The notes beneath the pieces are model-generated. The model searched no databases. It was not told the DNA's origin and saw only the letters and a list, made by a program, of their open reading frames with translations. Below are positions 16,372 to 24,895 of a DNA stretch of 24,895 nt, in pieces (the first letter of the stretch is position 1; every line of letters starts with the position of its first letter). The DNA is from an uncultured Gemmatimonadota bacterium (GTDB taxonomy: Bacteria > SM23-81 > DAOVCL01): NCBI GenBank assembly GCA_964626665.1, contig CAZVGK010000038.1:1-24895 (forward strand), given 5' to 3'. A program made the translations under genes and the position numbers.

Positions 16372-17283
16372 TTACCCCAAAAGCTTTACCAAAAGGGCCT
16401 TCTGGGCATGAAGCCTGTTCTCCGCCTGATCAAAGACGACTGAGTGAGGGCCATCAATGACCTCATCGGTTATCTCCTTTCCCCTCTCCGCGGGGAGACA
16501 GTGCATGACCAAACAGTCGGGGTGAGCATAGCTTAAAAGTTCGCTATTCACTTGAAATCCCTTGAGAAGTTGGGCCTTTTCCGCAGATTTCTCCTTCTCC
16601 CCCATACTGGCCCAGACATCCGTATAGACCACATCCACCCCTCTTACCGCCTCCTTTGGATCGTGGGTTAGGGTCACCTTGCTTACGGTCGAATTTTTGG
16701 CCTTCCTGAAGATTCCCCTGTCTGGTTCACACCCCGGAGCTGTTCCAATTCTCAGGTCAAGTTGGACACGAGTAGAGGCATTGAGCCAGGAGTTGGCCAC
16801 ATTGTTCCCATCGCCCAGGTAGGCTATCTTTATCCCGTATATCTTACCCTTCTTCTCCTGGATGGTAAAGAGGTCGCTCAGTATTTGACAGGGATGGAGC
16901 AGCTCAGTGAGGCCGTTTATCACCGGCACCTCTGCCCACTTGGCCAGTTCCCGCACATCCTGGTGGGAGAATGTGCGGATTAGCACCCCATCCACAAAGC
17001 GGGAGAGGACCTTGGCTGCATCATAGATGGACTCCCTTCTGCCCAGTTGAATCTCCTGGGCGGTGATATAAATCCCTCTTCCCCCCAGTTGGTTCAACCC
17101 CACCTCAAAGCTTACCCTTGTCCGCAGGCTCGGCTTGTGGAAGATTAAAGCAACTGATCTGCCGGAGAGAAGCTGGGGACATCTTCCCTCTTTAGTCTTT
17201 ACCTTTAGCTCTGCGGCGAGCTCAAAGACATCCTCAATCTTCTCTCGGCTGAAATCGGTAATGGAAAGAAAGTTACGCTTCAT
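16372..17283 (-). CDS. argF: Ornithine carbamoyltransferase
   Basis: KPSLRTRVSF, HPCQ, GDGNNVANS, DVWASMG and MHCLP motifs. Start at 17283 (GGAG SD); the ORF extension to 17379 runs through repeat DNA. Confidence 0.95.
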   Translation of the reverse strand: MKRNFLSITDFSREKIEDVFELAAELKVKTKEGRCPQLLSGRSVALIFHKPSLRTRVSFEVGLNQLGGRGIYITAQEIQLGRRESIYDAAKVLSRFVDGVLIRTFSHQDVRELAKWAEVPVINGLTELLHPCQILSDLFTIQEKKGKIYGIKIAYLGDGNNVANSWLNASTRVQLDLRIGTAPGCEPDRGIFRKAKNSTVSKVTLTHDPKEAVRGVDVVYTDVWASMGEKEKSAEKAQLLKGFQVNSELLSYAHPDCLVMHCLPAERGKEITDEVIDGPHSVVFDQAENRLHAQKALLVKLLG

Positions 17284-17333
17284 CTTTTCTCCCTTCGTAT
17301 TTGTCTCAAACAATGTCTTATCCAAACAAGGGC

Positions 17334-17402
17334 CACAGATTACACAGATTTCACTGAATCTCTGGAACACGAATGACACGAATAAACGAATCTACACGAA
17401 TA
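17334..17402. repeat. Short imperfect tandem repeats (CACAGATT / CACGAAT); related runs at 17899-17927, 16131-16170, 12490-12520, 10441-10457, 24597-24620
   Basis: Directly visible 7-9-nt periodic units in intergenic DNA. Confidence 0.7.
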
Positions 17403-17602
17403 AGAATCACCGAGGTGGCAGAACCCCTCTTCTGCCACCCTCCCCCGTGCCGTGGTGGTAAGGGCACTTAATAACTGGCCGATAACGGTCAGATAAGGGC
17501 ATCTGACCGTTCAATAATATCAAATCATAATAAATCTGCCAAAATAAATCAAGGTTAATAATAACCGATGGCCTAGCAAAAATTAGCACCCCTGGAAAGT
17601 CC

Positions 17603-17631
17603 TTGACAGGGAGGAGATGATTTGTTATTAT
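17603..17631 (+). promoter_or_regulatory. Strong sigma70 promoter with extended -10 and no convincing downstream CDS
   Basis: TTGACA (17603-17608), 17-nt spacer, TG-n-TATTAT (17626-17631). Confidence 0.75.
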
Positions 17632-17637
17632 GAAAGC

Positions 17638-17806
17638 AAGATATGGAATGGGTTAATCCCGTTTGACCTGCGGGAAGGAGTGTAGCGGAGAGGGTTTTAA
17701 AGCACAAAGCCCGGGGTCTGAAACATACATTTCAAGCTGGAGTTCAATAACTGAGGACAGCCGGGCTGCTGGAGGATTAATTTTCGGTGGGTCGGCTTTT
17801 GTATTT
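17638..17806 (+). ncRNA. Candidate structured non-coding RNA, family not recognised
   Basis: Follows the promoter; nested stems TTAATCC(17653-17659)/GGATTAA(17774-17780) and AGCCCGG(17708-17714)/CCGGGCT(17761-17767); T-rich 3' end. Confidence 0.45.
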
Positions 17807-17960
17807 GGGCTTTTAGTATCGTGGGCTCCTGCTCTGACGAGTCGTCAGAACCCTGATTCTGACGGCAGAGAAAAAGGTGGGTAGAAGGAGACGGGGAACC
17901 GCAGATTAACGCAGAATTACGCGGATATGTGCTGGTAGGACTCTGCCCTATCAGGCAAGG

Positions 17961-18000
17961 TTCTACCGCACTTTAGTGCGGGTTAAGGGCCTTCAGGCCC
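17961..18000. repeat. 40-bp double-hairpin repeat, copy 2
   Basis: TTCTACCGCACTTTAGTGCGGGTTAAGGGCCTTCAGGCCC. Confidence 0.85.
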
Positions 18001-18135
18001 CTTGGGTTTGAGTCCAGTGAACGGGCTAAAGCTCCGTTCTCACAACTTGTCAAGCCCGGTTGCTAAAAAAAATAGGAAGTGTCCCTATTCTATTTCCCAT
18101 AGTGAGGGGAGAAACCCAAAGCAATCTAAGTTCAG

Positions 18136-19542
18136 CTAATCCAGCACTGCCTCATCACGATAGCTGGGAACAGAGACCTTCCAGCCCTTCTTCTCTTGGA
18201 GGAAATTAGCAAAATGGTGAGCGGCATGGGATTCGCCATGGGTGACAAAAACCTGTTTGGGGGGCTTTTTTAGGCTAGATGTCCATCTGAAGAGCTCGTC
18301 CCTGTCCGCATGGGCGGAAAAGCCGTGTATCTGTGCCACCTTTGCCCTGACGGGATATGGCTGCCCCAATATCCTCACCTCCTTGGCTCCTTCTACGATC
18401 TGCCTTCCCAGGGTTCCAGAGGCCTGATACCCCACGAATAGTATGGTGCTCTCCGCTCTATGGATCTCCTTGACCAGGTGATGTTTGACCCTGCCACCGG
18501 TGCACATACCCGAGCCAGCAATGATGATTACCGTCCCCTTTATGTGATTTATGGCCTTTGATTCCTCAGCGGTTCTGGTTGTCTTCAGCCCGGGGAGATC
18601 GAATGGTGACTCCCGCCGACGGATGAGCTCCATCATCTCCTGATCAAAGAGCTCGGGGTAGTGTTCGAAGACCTCGCTGACCCCTATGGCCATTGGGCTG
18701 TCCATAAAGACCATTAGATGAGGGATGCGATTCTCCATCAACAGGTTGTTCAAGTGATAAAGGATTTCCTGTGACCGTTCGATAGCAAAGCTGGGAATAA
18801 CTATGTTGCCCCCTGCCTTCTCGGTGGAATTTATGACCTCGGAGAGCATTTCATCTATGTTTCCTTGATCCTGATGTAACCTGTCCCCATACGTGGATTC
18901 CACCAGGATGTAGTCCGCCTCATCAAATAGGGTTGGATCACGCAATATAGGCTTATCCCATCTGCCTATATCCCCGGAGAAAAGAATGGATCTCTCCTCC
19001 CCGTTTTCCCTCACCCTAACTTTTATCATAGACGAGCCGAGGATATGGCCTGCATCATAAAAGGTGGCCTCTACCCCTTCACCTATCTGCAGTGGCTCCT
19101 CATATTTTAATGGTGAAAGGAGAGAAAGGGAGCTACGCGCATCAGCAGTCGTGTAGAGGGGGATCTCCGGATGTGGTCCCTTTCTCCCCTCCCGTTTATG
19201 TCTCCTCCGTTTGAACTCAGCATCCTCTTCCTGGATATGGGCAGAATCCAAGAGCACAATCTGGGTTATCTCCGCTGTTGCCGCGGTGCAATGGATTTTC
19301 CCTTGGAATCCACTTTTGATTAGCTTAGGCAACAACCCACAGTGGTCAAGATGGGCATGGGTTAAGAGAAGGGCATCCAGGGCCTCCGGTGGAAAGGAGA
19401 ATGGTTCCCAATTCCTCTGCTTTAACTCCCTTTCCTGATAGAGCCCGCAATCCACTAAAAACCTGGCTTTTTTGGTCTCCACCAGGTATCTGGAGCCGGT
19501 GACATTTTGCGCTGCTCCTAAGAAAGTCAGTTTAATCTGCAT
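18136..19542 (-). CDS. MBL-fold beta-CASP ribonuclease (YSH1/TTHA0252-like)
   Basis: FLGAA..VTGS, THAHLDHCG, AGHILGS, ESTYGDR, GSGMCTGGR, FSAHAD and VTHGE motifs. Start at 19542 or 19566. Confidence 0.95.
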   Translation of the reverse strand: MQIKLTFLGAAQNVTGSRYLVETKKARFLVDCGLYQERELKQRNWEPFSFPPEALDALLLTHAHLDHCGLLPKLIKSGFQGKIHCTAATAEITQIVLLDSAHIQEEDAEFKRRRHKREGRKGPHPEIPLYTTADARSSLSLLSPLKYEEPLQIGEGVEATFYDAGHILGSSMIKVRVRENGEERSILFSGDIGRWDKPILRDPTLFDEADYILVESTYGDRLHQDQGNIDEMLSEVINSTEKAGGNIVIPSFAIERSQEILYHLNNLLMENRIPHLMVFMDSPMAIGVSEVFEHYPELFDQEMMELIRRRESPFDLPGLKTTRTAEESKAINHIKGTVIIIAGSGMCTGGRVKHHLVKEIHRAESTILFVGYQASGTLGRQIVEGAKEVRILGQPYPVRAKVAQIHGFSAHADRDELFRWTSSLKKPPKQVFVTHGESHAAHHFANFLQEKKGWKVSVPSYRDEAVLD

Positions 19543-19656
19543 ATTTGCCCCCACATGGTTAGCCATTAACGGTTCACGGGAATCAGAAATCAGCGGTTAA
19601 CCTCTAACAATCAACCTATAAACAGTTGTCCGCTGTGAGGAATTTCCCCCTTCCCC

Positions 19657-20421
19657 TCATCCAACAATCTTTACTCCTGAGCTTGTTCCGATGCGACTGG
19701 CGCCAGCTTCTACCATTTGGAGCGCGGTCTGAAAGTCCCTTATCCCTCCGGCTGCTTTCACTCCCATCCCCCAACCAACGGTCTTCCTCATCAGGGCCAC
19801 ATCAGAGATCGTAGCACCACCGGGGCCAAAGCCAGTGGATGTTTTCACAAAGTTTGCCTCTACCCATTGGGCAACTACACAGGCCTTTACCTTCTCCTCA
19901 TCGCTTAAGAGGGCTGCTTCAATGATAATCTTTACCCCAGTTTTCGGCCCAGCGGCCTGGAGAACGGCCTGCATATCCCGGGCAAGGAGAAGGAGGTCAT
20001 TTGACTTCAATGCTCCTATGTTCATCACCATATCTACCTCCTGGGCCCCCTGGTCAACTGCTAGCTTCGTCTCTAAGGCCTTTACTTCTGGGAGGTTAGC
20101 CCCCAACGGGAAACCAACCACTGAACAGATTCTTGTCCCACTATCCGACAAGCTAGCAACACATTGGGTAATATAGCAGGGGTTGACACAGACGGAGGCA
20201 AAGCCAAAGCTTTTCGCCTCCTGGCAGAGCCTCTCTATATCAACTGGGGTAGCTTGAGGCTTAAGCAGGGTATGGTCTATTAGTTTGGCCATTCCAGACT
20301 TAGTGCTGATGGAGATGGGCGCAAGCTGGGGTTTCTCTTTCATTGCGGGTTCGATCCCCCCAGATTGAAGCAAGCCAGTAACCTTGTCTTTTATCTGGTT
20401 GATCTCGGTTTCTCTCATCAT
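19657..20421 (-). CDS. deoC: Deoxyribose-phosphate aldolase
   Basis: IDHTLLKP, VVGFPLGA, EVDMV, FVKTSTGF, GVKAAGGIR and RIGTS motifs; TAATG overlap with ugd. Confidence 0.96.
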   Translation of the reverse strand: MMRETEINQIKDKVTGLLQSGGIEPAMKEKPQLAPISISTKSGMAKLIDHTLLKPQATPVDIERLCQEAKSFGFASVCVNPCYITQCVASLSDSGTRICSVVGFPLGANLPEVKALETKLAVDQGAQEVDMVMNIGALKSNDLLLLARDMQAVLQAAGPKTGVKIIIEAALLSDEEKVKACVVAQWVEANFVKTSTGFGPGGATISDVALMRKTVGWGMGVKAAGGIRDFQTALQMVEAGASRIGTSSGVKIVG

Positions 20422-21725
20422 TACCCCCTACCTATGGAATAATAGGTGAATCCCAACTTTCTCATCTCCCTTGGATTGTAGATGTTCTTAGCATCCAGAA
20501 GGATGGGTTTCCTTAAAAGTTTCCTTATCCTCCCCATATCCAGTTCCCGCAGCTCGTTCCATTCGGTCATAATCACGGCCAGATCTGCCCCTTGACAGGC
20601 GGAGTATAGATCAGGGGTAAACTCGGCCCCATCCAAAATCATCCGGGCATTCTCCATAGCCATAGGATCATAGGCCTTTATCCGGGCCCCTAATTTTAGA
20701 AGTTCCTCAATTAGGTATATGGATGGGGAGTTTCTAATATCGTCTGTGTTTGGCTTGAAGGCTAGGCCCAGGATGGCTATCTGCTTCCCCTTGATCTCCC
20801 CCAATGCCCTTCTCACCCTCTCCACCATTCCCCTTCTCTGCTGGAGATTCACCTCGATTGTAGCCTGAACAACCTTAGCCTCCATTCCGGCCTCCTTCGC
20901 TATGGAGGCCAAGGCCATAGTATCCTTGGGAAAACAGGAGCCACCAAATCCCGGCCCGGCATGGAGGAACTTTGTACCTATCCTGCCATCCAGGCCTATA
21001 CCTCTGGCCACCACCTGTACGTCCGCTCCTACCCTCTCGCAGAGATTGGCCATCTCGTTTATGAAGGAGATCTTGGTGGCCAAGAAGGCATTGGAGGCAT
21101 ACTTAATTAGCTCGGCCGTTTCCCAGTTGGTCCTGATAATCGGGGTCTCTAAGAGGTAGAGGGGACGATAGATATCAGCCATTATCTCAAAGGCCCTCTC
21201 ACTCTCTGCTCCGACAACCACTCGATTGGGCCGCATAAAATCCCCGATGGCCGATCCCTCCCTGAGAAATTCTGGGTTAGAGACGACATCGAACTCTATC
21301 CCTTTATTTATCTTACCCTCCAATATCTTTTTTACCCTGTGGGCTGTCCCCACCGGGACTGTGCTTTTGTCCACAATAACCTTATAACTATCGATCAAAG
21401 GGGAAATCTCCTCCACGGCCTGGAGAAAGTCCCTCAGATCGACGCCCCCATCTGGCCGGGGTGGAGTTCCTATGGCCAGGTAGATTACCTCTGACTCCCC
21501 AACCCCAGAGGGGAGGTCAAGGGAAAATTCTAGCCTCCCCTTGGAGGTATTTATCCTCACCATCTCCTTCAATCCCGATTCATAGAAGGGTATAGTGCCC
21601 CCCTGCAAAAGTTCAATCTTCTTGGGGTCATTGTCCACGCAGATCACCTTATTGCCGAAATCGGCCAGACAGGCCCCGGTTACCAGCCCCACATAACCAA
21701 CTCCCACAACCGTTATGTTTCTCAA
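20421..21725 (-). CDS. ugd: UDP-glucose 6-dehydrogenase
   Basis: GVGYVG, KSTVPVG, SNPEFLREG, KYASNAFLATKISF, GFGGSCFPKD and GLAFKPNTDD motifs. Confidence 0.96.
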   Translation of the reverse strand: MRNITVVGVGYVGLVTGACLADFGNKVICVDNDPKKIELLQGGTIPFYESGLKEMVRINTSKGRLEFSLDLPSGVGESEVIYLAIGTPPRPDGGVDLRDFLQAVEEISPLIDSYKVIVDKSTVPVGTAHRVKKILEGKINKGIEFDVVSNPEFLREGSAIGDFMRPNRVVVGAESERAFEIMADIYRPLYLLETPIIRTNWETAELIKYASNAFLATKISFINEMANLCERVGADVQVVARGIGLDGRIGTKFLHAGPGFGGSCFPKDTMALASIAKEAGMEAKVVQATIEVNLQQRRGMVERVRRALGEIKGKQIAILGLAFKPNTDDIRNSPSIYLIEELLKLGARIKAYDPMAMENARMILDGAEFTPDLYSACQGADLAVIMTEWNELRELDMGRIRKLLRKPILLDAKNIYNPREMRKLGFTYYSIGRG

Positions 21726-24235
21726 TCTACATCCCCTTTCTCTTGGATGAACTTTATCCTTTCCATAAACTCCTCTGTGCGGTTTTCCCCCTCAGCAGGA
21801 TCAGCGAACTCGGCCAGGATGCGGAAAAAGGGGCGGTGGGAATCGGGGAGCAAGAGAACCCATCCCCCTGGATAGTGCAGCCTTATCCCGTCGATTAGAT
21901 CCTGCGAGATGCCCTCAGTCTCCTTGAGCAGCGCGCGCATCACCTTCCCCTTTCTCTCCCGGGGGCAGAAGACCTCCCTCTTGACCAGCTTTGGCTCTCC
22001 AATTTCCTCCACCAAATCTGCTATCTTTCTCCCGCTCTTGGCCAGGAGCTCTAATATCTTCACAGTGGCAAACATAGCGTCACTTCCCACCTGAAAGTCA
22101 GGGTAGATGAATCCCCCCCTGGTTCCCCCCACAAGGCCCACCCCGGCTAGCTCGGCAACCTCCATCATTGCGCGGTGATCGTCCCTTGTGCGGATGACCT
22201 CCACCCCTCTTTCCTCGGCCAGCTTCTCCACCTCCTGGGAGGCAGTGATGGGAACAGCGATCTTCTCTGGCTTGTATATCTCCAGGAAAAGTAAGACCAC
22301 CAAAAGCAAGGCCATATCGTTGCTCAGGGTTCTGCCCGAGGAGTCCACTATATAGAGCCTCTCGGCAACGACATCCAAGAGGAAACCCACCGCGGCCCCT
22401 ATGGAGGTTACTATGGAGGAGAGCTGGTTCAGGGAACTGGTGAAGTTTTCTGGGCTGCGCGTGAGCCTCTGGGGGTCTAAGTAGGCATTCAGGGAGACGA
22501 CCTCACATCCTAAGTTCCCCAAAATGGGAGGGAAGACGGTGGCAGCAGATCCATGAGAATAATCTATCACTAACTTGGGTCTCTGAGAGGCCAGAAGGGG
22601 GAGGTCTATGGCCTCCAAGAACTTCTCCTTGTATACCTCCTTTACCTGGGTGGAATGCTCCAGCTTCCCCATCGCTTCAAAGGAAGGGCGGGGAAAATCC
22701 TCCCTGAAGAAGAGCCTCTCTATGGATTTCGTGCGGCGCACGGAGAGGTCCTTTCCCCCCTCGTCAAAGAAGATTATGTCTGAGATCCTCCCCTCATAGG
22801 GGGATTGACGGATATGGATTCCAGCGGTTTCCTCCCCCCATTTCAGCTCAAACCTCAGCAAGGGAAGGGGGGTAACCCCTAAATCCTTAACCAAGACACC
22901 AGCGGAGAGGAGCCCACTGGTTAAGGCCCTGTTGATCATCTGAGATGAGCTGCTCGGATCCTGGGTAACGGCTACCCAACTGCCCTTGCCCCAAAATGCC
23001 CCGGCAGCCGCCCCTAACTTAGCGGCAAACTCAGGGGTGAGTTCTAAGTTGGAGATGCCACTTACCTTGGCCTCGGTGAAGAGTTCCCTATTCCACCTTT
23101 GACCCCAGACCAGGGCCGAGGAAAGGGTAGAACCGGCCTCGACCCTCTTGGATGGCCAGATCCGCACATTTTCCTTAATTACGGCTCCTTGGCCGATGAG
23201 ACAGCCATCACCCACTACCGAGGAGGGAGAGAGAATGGCCTCGGCCCCGACCTCTGCCTGGGGGCCTAAGATTGTCCCCTGTAGCTTGGCCCTTTCCCCT
23301 ATCCTTACCCCCGGAAAGAGGATGGATTTCTCTATCTCTGCTCCCTCCCCTATCAGGCATGCGGGGCCGATAATTGAGGAGGAGATCCTGGCCCCCCTTT
23401 TAAGTTTGCTCTTCTCCCCAACTACTACTCTTCCGTTAAACACAACTCCCTCTTCCACCTCCACCCCTTCAGCCATCCATACCTCTGCTCCCTCCCTGTG
23501 GATGAATTCTCCCTTAAAAGGCAATTGTGCTTTTCCCTCTAAGAGCTCCCAGTTGGCCAATCGGTAATCGTCTATGTTCCCCACATCCCTCCAATACCCT
23601 GTACCCACAAGGCCGTAGAGGGGGAAATCGTCCTCGAGGAGGGAAGGGAAGAGGTCATTGCTAAAGTCAAAGGGTTGTTGGGGAGGGACCTTGGTCAGAA
23701 CCTCAGGTTCCACCACATAGATGCCACAGTTTATGGTATCGCTGAATACCTCACCCCAGGAGGGCTTCTCCAAATAGTTGGATATCCTTCCTTCCTTGTC
23801 CGTGATCACCACCCCATAGGAAAGGGGATCCTGGACCCTGGTAAGCACAACGGTAAAGCCTGCCCTCTTCTTTTTGTGGAAGGAGATGATCTCCCTGAGG
23901 TTGAAGTCAGTGAGGAGATCGCCGCTGACCACCAGAAATGTGTCATCCAAAAGGTCCTCTGCATATTTCACGCAGCCGGCGGTGCCATAATCCTCTTCAG
24001 GCTTTAAATAGGTGACTTCAACTCCCAACCTCTCTCCATCTCCTAAGAAATCCTCTATTCTCTCTGGCTGGAAGAAGAGGGGGAGGATAAACTGGGTAAT
24101 GCCCTGGCCCTGGAGATGAAGAATCAGGTGTTCTAGTAAAGGCCTATTTACCACGGGAATAAGTGGTTTGGGTAGATTAACGGTGAGGGGGTGCAGCCTC
24201 GTTCCCAAACCCCCGGCCATAATCACAGCTTTCAT
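21722..24235 (-). CDS. Mannose-1-phosphate guanylyltransferase-like NTP transferase + hexapeptide LbH + phosphomannomutase-like fusion
   Basis: MKAVIMAGGLGTRLHPLT..PKPL, hexapeptide repeats and a C-terminal PMM/PGM-like region (GISNLELTPEFAAKLG); GGAGG SD before ATG 24235; ATGA overlap with ugd. Confidence 0.92.
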   Translation of the reverse strand: MKAVIMAGGLGTRLHPLTVNLPKPLIPVVNRPLLEHLILHLQGQGITQFILPLFFQPERIEDFLGDGERLGVEVTYLKPEEDYGTAGCVKYAEDLLDDTFLVVSGDLLTDFNLREIISFHKKKRAGFTVVLTRVQDPLSYGVVITDKEGRISNYLEKPSWGEVFSDTINCGIYVVEPEVLTKVPPQQPFDFSNDLFPSLLEDDFPLYGLVGTGYWRDVGNIDDYRLANWELLEGKAQLPFKGEFIHREGAEVWMAEGVEVEEGVVFNGRVVVGEKSKLKRGARISSSIIGPACLIGEGAEIEKSILFPGVRIGERAKLQGTILGPQAEVGAEAILSPSSVVGDGCLIGQGAVIKENVRIWPSKRVEAGSTLSSALVWGQRWNRELFTEAKVSGISNLELTPEFAAKLGAAAGAFWGKGSWVAVTQDPSSSSQMINRALTSGLLSAGVLVKDLGVTPLPLLRFELKWGEETAGIHIRQSPYEGRISDIIFFDEGGKDLSVRRTKSIERLFFREDFPRPSFEAMGKLEHSTQVKEVYKEKFLEAIDLPLLASQRPKLVIDYSHGSAATVFPPILGNLGCEVVSLNAYLDPQRLTRSPENFTSSLNQLSSIVTSIGAAVGFLLDVVAERLYIVDSSGRTLSNDMALLLVVLLFLEIYKPEKIAVPITASQEVEKLAEERGVEVIRTRDDHRAMMEVAELAGVGLVGGTRGGFIYPDFQVGSDAMFATVKILELLAKSGRKIADLVEEIGEPKLVKREVFCPRERKGKVMRALLKETEGISQDLIDGIRLHYPGGWVLLLPDSHRPFFRILAEFADPAEGENRTEEFMERIKFIQEKGDVD

Positions 24236-24369
24236 AGATTGACCTCCGATGCCCAATGGTAACAATTTTGCTTTGTGAGGTCAACCCAAAAATTCCCTTA
24301 AGCTTGGGAATTTCAACTTTTGGAGGGGATGATCAGGATAACCCCCCCGCCACAGGGCAAGGCATCGAA

Positions 24370-24625
24370 GACAGTCACCTCCCTCTTGATGGGGGAGGAC
24401 TAAGGAGGGGGTGAAAGTATATTCGCATCAAAAGTGTGCTGTCAGGAGTTACCTCCTGACAGCTCTTGAAAGGTCTGGAGACCTCCCTGCCTGTGCGGTG
24501 CATGCAGACAGGTCCCCCAATTCAAATGTGCCTCTGGCAACTGATTTGAATGTTACGATCCAAATGCGGGTTACAATAATAGACAGCAGGAATAAAAATC
24601 CGGTAAATCCTGTTATCCTCTCAAA
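24370..24625. repeat. Cluster of REP-like hairpins upstream of the operon
   Basis: GCTGTCAGGAG-TTAC-CTCCTGACAGC (24438-24463), CCTGCCTGTG..CAGACAGG (24487-24512), CCTCCCTCTTGATGGGGGAGG (24377-24397). Confidence 0.65.
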
Positions 24626-24895
24626 ATAAGCCCCGCCGCAGGTGGCTGAGTTTACTCTGATATTCTCAGTCGGATGGAATCTGACCTTTCAGGCAGAGAT
24701 TTTACTTGACAGAGACCGAAATACTCTCTATTTTATCTACCAGCAGGCTTGGTGAAAACTGTAATTTGATCAAGGTTTTGCTGTCTTTGTGTAAATTGAT
24801 AATTAAAGGTTTGACCCTGACATATGCTATTGTGGCGTCTTATACCCCCAGTTCCGGAAAAAAAATTGAAAGATTATGGTATATCAAGTAGTTAC

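Noticed and set aside
16372-17283. SLRT instead of STRT suggesting an N-acetyl- or N-succinylornithine transcarbamylase
   Set aside because: The DxxxSMG loop, HPCQ and HCLP are canonical for ornithine carbamoyltransferase.
17591-17680. GGAAAGTCC as RNase P RNA, and AATCCCGTTTGACCTG as a TPP riboswitch
   Set aside because: The remaining conserved elements (RNase P 3' P4 strand; TPP CUGAGA and P5) are absent, and the first motif lies upstream of the promoter.
17663-17884. 73-aa ORF after the strong promoter
   Set aside because: TTG start without an SD, and it runs through a REP hairpin.
6345-24007. Many short antisense or alternate-frame ORFs overlapping the long genes (e.g. 10858..11643, 7740..8192, 7984..8466, 23148..23567)
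   Set aside because: Shadow ORFs of GC-richer coding sequence; they lie almost wholly inside well-supported genes and show no motifs.
24411-24891. ORFs 24411..24629 and 24706..24891
   Set aside because: The first is made of REP-like hairpins. The second starts at a TTGACA promoter-like box in AT-rich intergenic DNA without an SD.

Overview
Bacterial DNA from a diderm organism; the lipoprotein/OM-barrel gene set and intergenic repeat style suggest an FCB-associated or candidate lineage (weak inference). The window has two parts. (1) About 1-6290 is an AT-richer accessory region. It holds an orphan protein resembling a lantibiotic-dehydratase C-terminal (thiopeptide-type) domain, a secreted helical-repeat protein, hypothetical exported proteins, a CBS protein, an unannotated small basic ORF and an RRM RNA-binding protein. 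It also carries recombination signatures the ORF track misses: a frameshifted tyrosine-recombinase C-terminus (LGHKNIQSTAIY), three copies of a ~58-bp promoter-plus-palindrome site (copy 1 has its core flipped, giving a perfect 13-bp inverted repeat with copy 2), and an integron-type cassette (GTTAGGC...GCCTAAC/attC) whose gene is bracketed by nested inverted repeats. (2) About 6290-24300 is GC-richer housekeeping sequence: truncated ybjQ, cupin, DUF885, M29 aminopeptidase, OM beta-barrel, OPT transporter, TPR and Ig-like lipoproteins, argF, a beta-CASP RNase, deoC, ugd and an NDP-sugar pyrophosphorylase/PMM-like fusion. Its intergenic spaces are full of REP-like palindromes. Two near-consensus sigma70 promoters (4882, 17603) lead into structured, apparently non-coding sequence. 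No rRNA, tRNA or CRISPR array was seen.
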